Assembly (NCBI GenBank): GCA_964434905.1
Contig: CAYSXM010000001.1
Span: 1-28,446, forward strand
Direction: 5' to 3'
DNA from: an uncultured Pirellulales bacterium
GTDB lineage: Bacteria; Planctomycetota; Planctomycetia; Pirellulales; CAYNRE01
Length of the DNA stretch: 28,446 nt
Part shown: one piece after another, positions 24,954 to 28,446 of the stretch
Numbering within the stretch: position 1 is the stretch's first letter
Layout: each line of letters opens with the position of its first letter
Notes under the pieces: model-generated
What the model was told of the DNA's origin: nothing
The model's input: only the letters and a program-made list of their open reading frames with translations
The model's database searches: none
Program-made: the position numbers and the translations under genes

Positions 24954-25589
24954 ATGACGCACTTGGTTCAAGGCCAGCGTGTGCTGGTTCGCGAAATGGT
25001 CAACGCCGACGCTCCCGCGCTGGTTGCCTGGCGCGGCGCGCCCGACGCACGGCGCTGGCTCGTCGATTGGCAGCCCCCCACCGTCGAAAGACACCTCGCC
25101 TGGTTCGCCTCGGCACAACAGGCGGGCGATGTGTTGCTGGTGTTTGCTGAACCCGGCACGAACCGGCCCTTGGCGGCCGGCGCGCTCTACCATTTCGATC
25201 GGGCTGGCACCTGCGGAGAATACGGCCGGTTGATCAAGGACCCCCAGGTCAGCGATTGGCTGATTCCGCGCGAGGGTCTGTATTGGACCTATCGACTGGC
25301 GTTCGACCTCTTGGGCGTGGCCCGGCTGCACACCGCCACGGGCGATGGCAACCAGGCGGTCCACCGTTTGGCTGAGGAATTCGGCTTCTTGCGCGAGGGC
25401 TTGCGACCACGGCATTTTCTCACACCCGAAGGCTATCGCGACATTGTCGAGTTTGGCATGTTTCCCGAAACCTTTGGTGCCTGTCGACCGGCGCTGGAAC
25501 AGGCGCTGTACGCGCCAGGCACGCCGCCCGAGTTCCTGCCCGACGCGGCACGTTACGCCGACCGCTGGCGGGCGCGATTTGGCCGCTGA
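24954..25589 (+). CDS. GNAT N-acetyltransferase (RimJ/RimL/PseH-like)
   Basis: REM...D...LVAWR, T.E.H.AWF, GEYGRL, LAFDLLG..RL, N....L.EEFGF.REG.. Start moved to ATG 24954. Confidence 0.8.
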   Translation: MTHLVQGQRVLVREMVNADAPALVAWRGAPDARRWLVDWQPPTVERHLAWFASAQQAGDVLLVFAEPGTNRPLAAGALYHFDRAGTCGEYGRLIKDPQVSDWLIPREGLYWTYRLAFDLLGVARLHTATGDGNQAVHRLAEEFGFLREGLRPRHFLTPEGYRDIVEFGMFPETFGACRPALEQALYAPGTPPEFLPDAARYADRWRARFGR

Positions 25590-25626
25590 CGGTGCGACGT
25601 GCCCACCCGCTTTTCTGGAGCCCTCG

Positions 25627-28311
25627 ATGATCGTACGCCAAGCGCCTGCTCGCGGTCCTATTTGCCTTAACATGCTGGTGCTTGCGTGGGCGGTGTGGCC
25701 GGGGTTGTCTGGCGGCGCCGCGGCGGCACCGCCGGCCGCTCCCTGGGCGGTCGAGATCACGCTCGACGCGCAGATGGGCCCCGACCTGGGGCAGCCCTGG
25801 GGCACGCTGTTCGAATGCTTCGGCGCCGAAGGGCAATCGATCGCCGCGGCCGGTTTTGCGGAATCGTCGAACACCCAAGATCGTAGCGATCGTCGGCTGG
25901 TCCAGGTGCATCTGCACGTGGCCGACTCCGACCAGCGCTTGCCCCTGGAACCCCTGCCGCGCCCCAGCAGCGATGCCGGTGTGTACCTGGTGGGCTTTCA
26001 GAATCGATTGTTCGCCAAAACGCGCGGCGGAACCGATGGCCAGGTGCGCGTGTGGGATCCGGTGGCGGGCGCCTGGCAAGCCGAGCCCTCGCCGCGGTCC
26101 TGGGCCATCGAACTGGCGGGCGACGTGCTCTACGCCACACGCCACACCATCTGCCATGGAGCGAACGTGCTGGTCGAGGTTCCCGCGGAAGATACCTTGA
26201 CCGAAGTTTACTATGGCGCGGGGCTGTTGGTGTGGCGCCATTTACGAGGCGACGGCGCGGCCGAATTGAACCAAGTTGTTGCCGCGCGCTGGCAGCCGGG
26301 CCAGAAGCCGCCCCGCCGCGAGGCGTTTGTCACGCGACCGCTGACCATGCCGCGCGAGTTCATCTATTGCCACGGGCAGCACCACGGCGCCGTGGTGGCC
26401 ATCTCGAACACTGGCAGCATCTTGGTGTGCGATGGCCAGGCCTGGAACACGGTCCGCGCGGGCCAGGCCGGCGTGAGCTACCAGGTTTACGCCAGTTTGC
26501 AGTTTGGCGAGCGGCTGCTGTTGGGCCAGTATCCCACGGGCGAGTTGTTCGAGTTCGATCACCGTGCCCCGGTGCGTTTGCCAGGTTGGCCAGGCGTGAT
26601 GCCGGGTGTGAGCACCGCGGCACGTGAAGCGCAGACGTTGGCCGTGTACGGGGGCCGCCTGTACGTAGGCGTGTGGCCCTGGGCCGAGGTGTGGCGGCGC
26701 GACCGGCGTGCCTGGCACTGGCTGGGCCGCGCTCTGACGCACCCTGCCCCCACCGACGCCACCACGCACCCCTATGAACGAGAAACGCAGGCCATTGATC
26801 CGGTGCTCAATCGCTGGGGCCAGCGCGTGACGAGCCTGGTTCCCTGGGGCGATTCGCTGTACATCTCGACCAGCGCCAAGGCCTCTGCCCCCCACGAACC
26901 GAAATTCGAGTTTCTCTCGCCGGCACAGGCCAGTGAATACGGCGCCGTGTATCGCCATCGATTGCCCGGCAACCTGGCCGCGCCCGTCGTCTGGAAGTCG
27001 AGCCCCTCGACATGGACGTTTCGGCTGGCGCCGGGCGAGCTGTCTATCTGGCAAGACGGACGGCAGTGCGGTCGCAGCGTCTGGAACACGACCGGCCAAC
27101 CGGCTGCCGCGCCAACCCACGTGACGTTTGGTCGTGGGCTGTTTGGCCCAACCAGTTGGACCATCGCCGGTCGCTGGCGCGTCGACGCGCCCCCCCGCGC
27201 AACAACGCCTTGGCTGGCCACCTATCTCGATTTGGGGAAAGCGATCGGCGACCAGGTCGATGCCCCGGCGCGCCAGACACAACTTGCCGCCGCGGCGGCC
27301 CAGGTGGCCGCGGCCGGGTTCGACACCGCCATGCCGTATGCCAACACCAGCAACGGACAAACCTATTATCCCAGCCAGGTGGTCGGGCGACCGCGGTTCG
27401 AAGATGGCGATGCGCTGGGCGATTTCATTGCCGCGGCGCGACAGAACCATCTCGCGGTGTGGCCGGCAGTGTGCGTGCTAGCCAGCGGGCACTTCGAACC
27501 ACGCGGCGTACTCGAAGAGCACCCCGACTGGGCCTTGCGACAACTCGACGGGCGCCCGTGGGGGTTCCTGTCGCCTGCGCACCCTGACGCACGGCGGTGG
27601 GTCGTGGCGCAGCTTGTGGAACTTGTCCGGCGTTACCAACCCGAGGGGCTGTTGCTGGACTATCTGCGCTATTTTAATCGCCCCTATCAGCTCGACGCCG
27701 CGGCTCAGGCCGTGCTCGATGCCCAGGTGGCGCTGGTGGTCGACGAGCAACAGCGTAAGCAACTAGTTCAGGCCTGCCACGAAGCGCATCTATCGTCGCT
27801 GATGGAGGCTATCTGCCTGGCCCTGCGCGCCGAAAAACCAGACCTGAAGATCGGCCTCTACACTTGGGGACCCCACGTTTCCCAAAATCACCTGGTGGCA
27901 CAGGCCTGGCCCCGTTGGGTCGATCGAGGGTGGATCGATCTGGTGAATGTGTCGGGTTACTATTACCCGGAAAAATACGGCGACCACACCCAGGCGCTGT
28001 ATCACAGCCGACTTGCCGAAGCCGTGCAGTTGGCCGGCGGCGCGCATCGCCGTGTGCCGGTCACACTGACGCTGGGAATCGAAACCAGCCACGGCAGTTT
28101 GACCACGGGCGAACAAGTGGAAGACTATCTGCTGCGCGCCGCCCAGGCGGGCGTCGACGGCGCCGCGGCGTTCACCTGGTCTGCCTGGACGCGTTTGGGC
28201 GACGACCTGGCCCGGCGCGGCACACTGGCCCGATTCGCCGCCGAACTACTTCTTCCTGCACGCGAAAATGATGGGCCAGAAAGTGATGGGCCACGCGCTC
28301 CAACACCATGA
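25627..28311 (+). CDS. Secreted multidomain protein: beta-propeller-like N-terminus + C-terminal GHL10/DUF187-like glycoside hydrolase barrel
   Basis: Signal-peptide-like N-terminus, blade-like repeats, and a C-terminal domain from ~27211 (HPDWAL, FLSPAHPDARRWV, YQPEGLLLDYLRY, W..RGWIDLV). ATG 25627 with SD GGAG. Confidence 0.7.
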   Translation: MIVRQAPARGPICLNMLVLAWAVWPGLSGGAAAAPPAAPWAVEITLDAQMGPDLGQPWGTLFECFGAEGQSIAAAGFAESSNTQDRSDRRLVQVHLHVADSDQRLPLEPLPRPSSDAGVYLVGFQNRLFAKTRGGTDGQVRVWDPVAGAWQAEPSPRSWAIELAGDVLYATRHTICHGANVLVEVPAEDTLTEVYYGAGLLVWRHLRGDGAAELNQVVAARWQPGQKPPRREAFVTRPLTMPREFIYCHGQHHGAVVAISNTGSILVCDGQAWNTVRAGQAGVSYQVYASLQFGERLLLGQYPTGELFEFDHRAPVRLPGWPGVMPGVSTAAREAQTLAVYGGRLYVGVWPWAEVWRRDRRAWHWLGRALTHPAPTDATTHPYERETQAIDPVLNRWGQRVTSLVPWGDSLYISTSAKASAPHEPKFEFLSPAQASEYGAVYRHRLPGNLAAPVVWKSSPSTWTFRLAPGELSIWQDGRQCGRSVWNTTGQPAAAPTHVTFGRGLFGPTSWTIAGRWRVDAPPRATTPWLATYLDLGKAIGDQVDAPARQTQLAAAAAQVAAAGFDTAMPYANTSNGQTYYPSQVVGRPRFEDGDALGDFIAAARQNHLAVWPAVCVLASGHFEPRGVLEEHPDWALRQLDGRPWGFLSPAHPDARRWVVAQLVELVRRYQPEGLLLDYLRYFNRPYQLDAAAQAVLDAQVALVVDEQQRKQLVQACHEAHLSSLMEAICLALRAEKPDLKIGLYTWGPHVSQNHLVAQAWPRWVDRGWIDLVNVSGYYYPEKYGDHTQALYHSRLAEAVQLAGGAHRRVPVTLTLGIETSHGSLTTGEQVEDYLLRAAQAGVDGAAAFTWSAWTRLGDDLARRGTLARFAAELLLPARENDGPESDGPRAPTP
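28269..28293 (+). repeat. 10-bp direct repeat at 15-bp period in the C-terminal tail
   Basis: tgatgggcca at 28269-28278 and 28284-28293 (NDGPE-SDGPR). Confidence 0.6.
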
Positions 28312-28446
28312 AATCCGCCCTGGGTTAGCCAACACCTAGGCGTGCAGGTCGGTGTGGATACCGAGTAGCTATAAGGGCAGGCCCCTGGCGGCCAGCCCTT
28401 TGTAGGTGCCTCAGCGGCGTTTTGGATGAGCTTTTCTTTGGGCCAG

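Noticed and set aside
23361-25874. 837-aa minus-strand ORF
   Set aside because: Overlaps three well-supported plus-strand genes; its composition is typical of a reverse-frame read.
28411-28446. Possible 3' end of a minus-strand gene entering from the right edge
   Set aside because: Only 12 codons are visible and another frame is equally plausible; cannot be supported.
1-28446. Mobile elements, prophage or defence systems
   Set aside because: No transposase, integrase, phage or known defence motifs in any frame, and no obvious compositional break.

Overview
High-GC chromosomal window, most likely from a planctomycete; this is inferred from the DUF1553/DUF1549/planctomycete cytochrome c + DUF1501 gene pair. 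I found no mobile element, CRISPR array, rRNA or tRNA. Gene order: GT2::CapK/PaaK-like ligase fusion and DUF362 (+); DUF547 and PqaA-family hydrolase (-); BamA with a ~330-aa low-complexity insertion in POTRA5 (+); wzm-wzt-GT4-GT-C glycan locus (+); a minus-strand run of thiolase, an unannotated 55-aa CsrA-fold ORF, HtrA protease, SdpI-like protein and a stand-alone RNA polymerase alpha-CTD protein; then DUF1553/DUF1549/cytochrome c, DUF1501, a GNAT and a secreted propeller + GHL10-like protein (+). Most interesting: (1) a CsrA-fold protein, absent from the ORF track, that lacks the RNA-binding arginines; (2) a free alpha-CTD paralogue 2.4 kb away; (3) the GT2-ligase fusion/DUF362 pair; (4) the BamA insertion; (5) a five-hairpin array; (6) a C15 tract upstream of the glycosyltransferase operon. 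All family assignments come from motif recognition by eye, not database searches. Several starts were moved downstream of the ORF track using Shine-Dalgarno and signal-peptide evidence.
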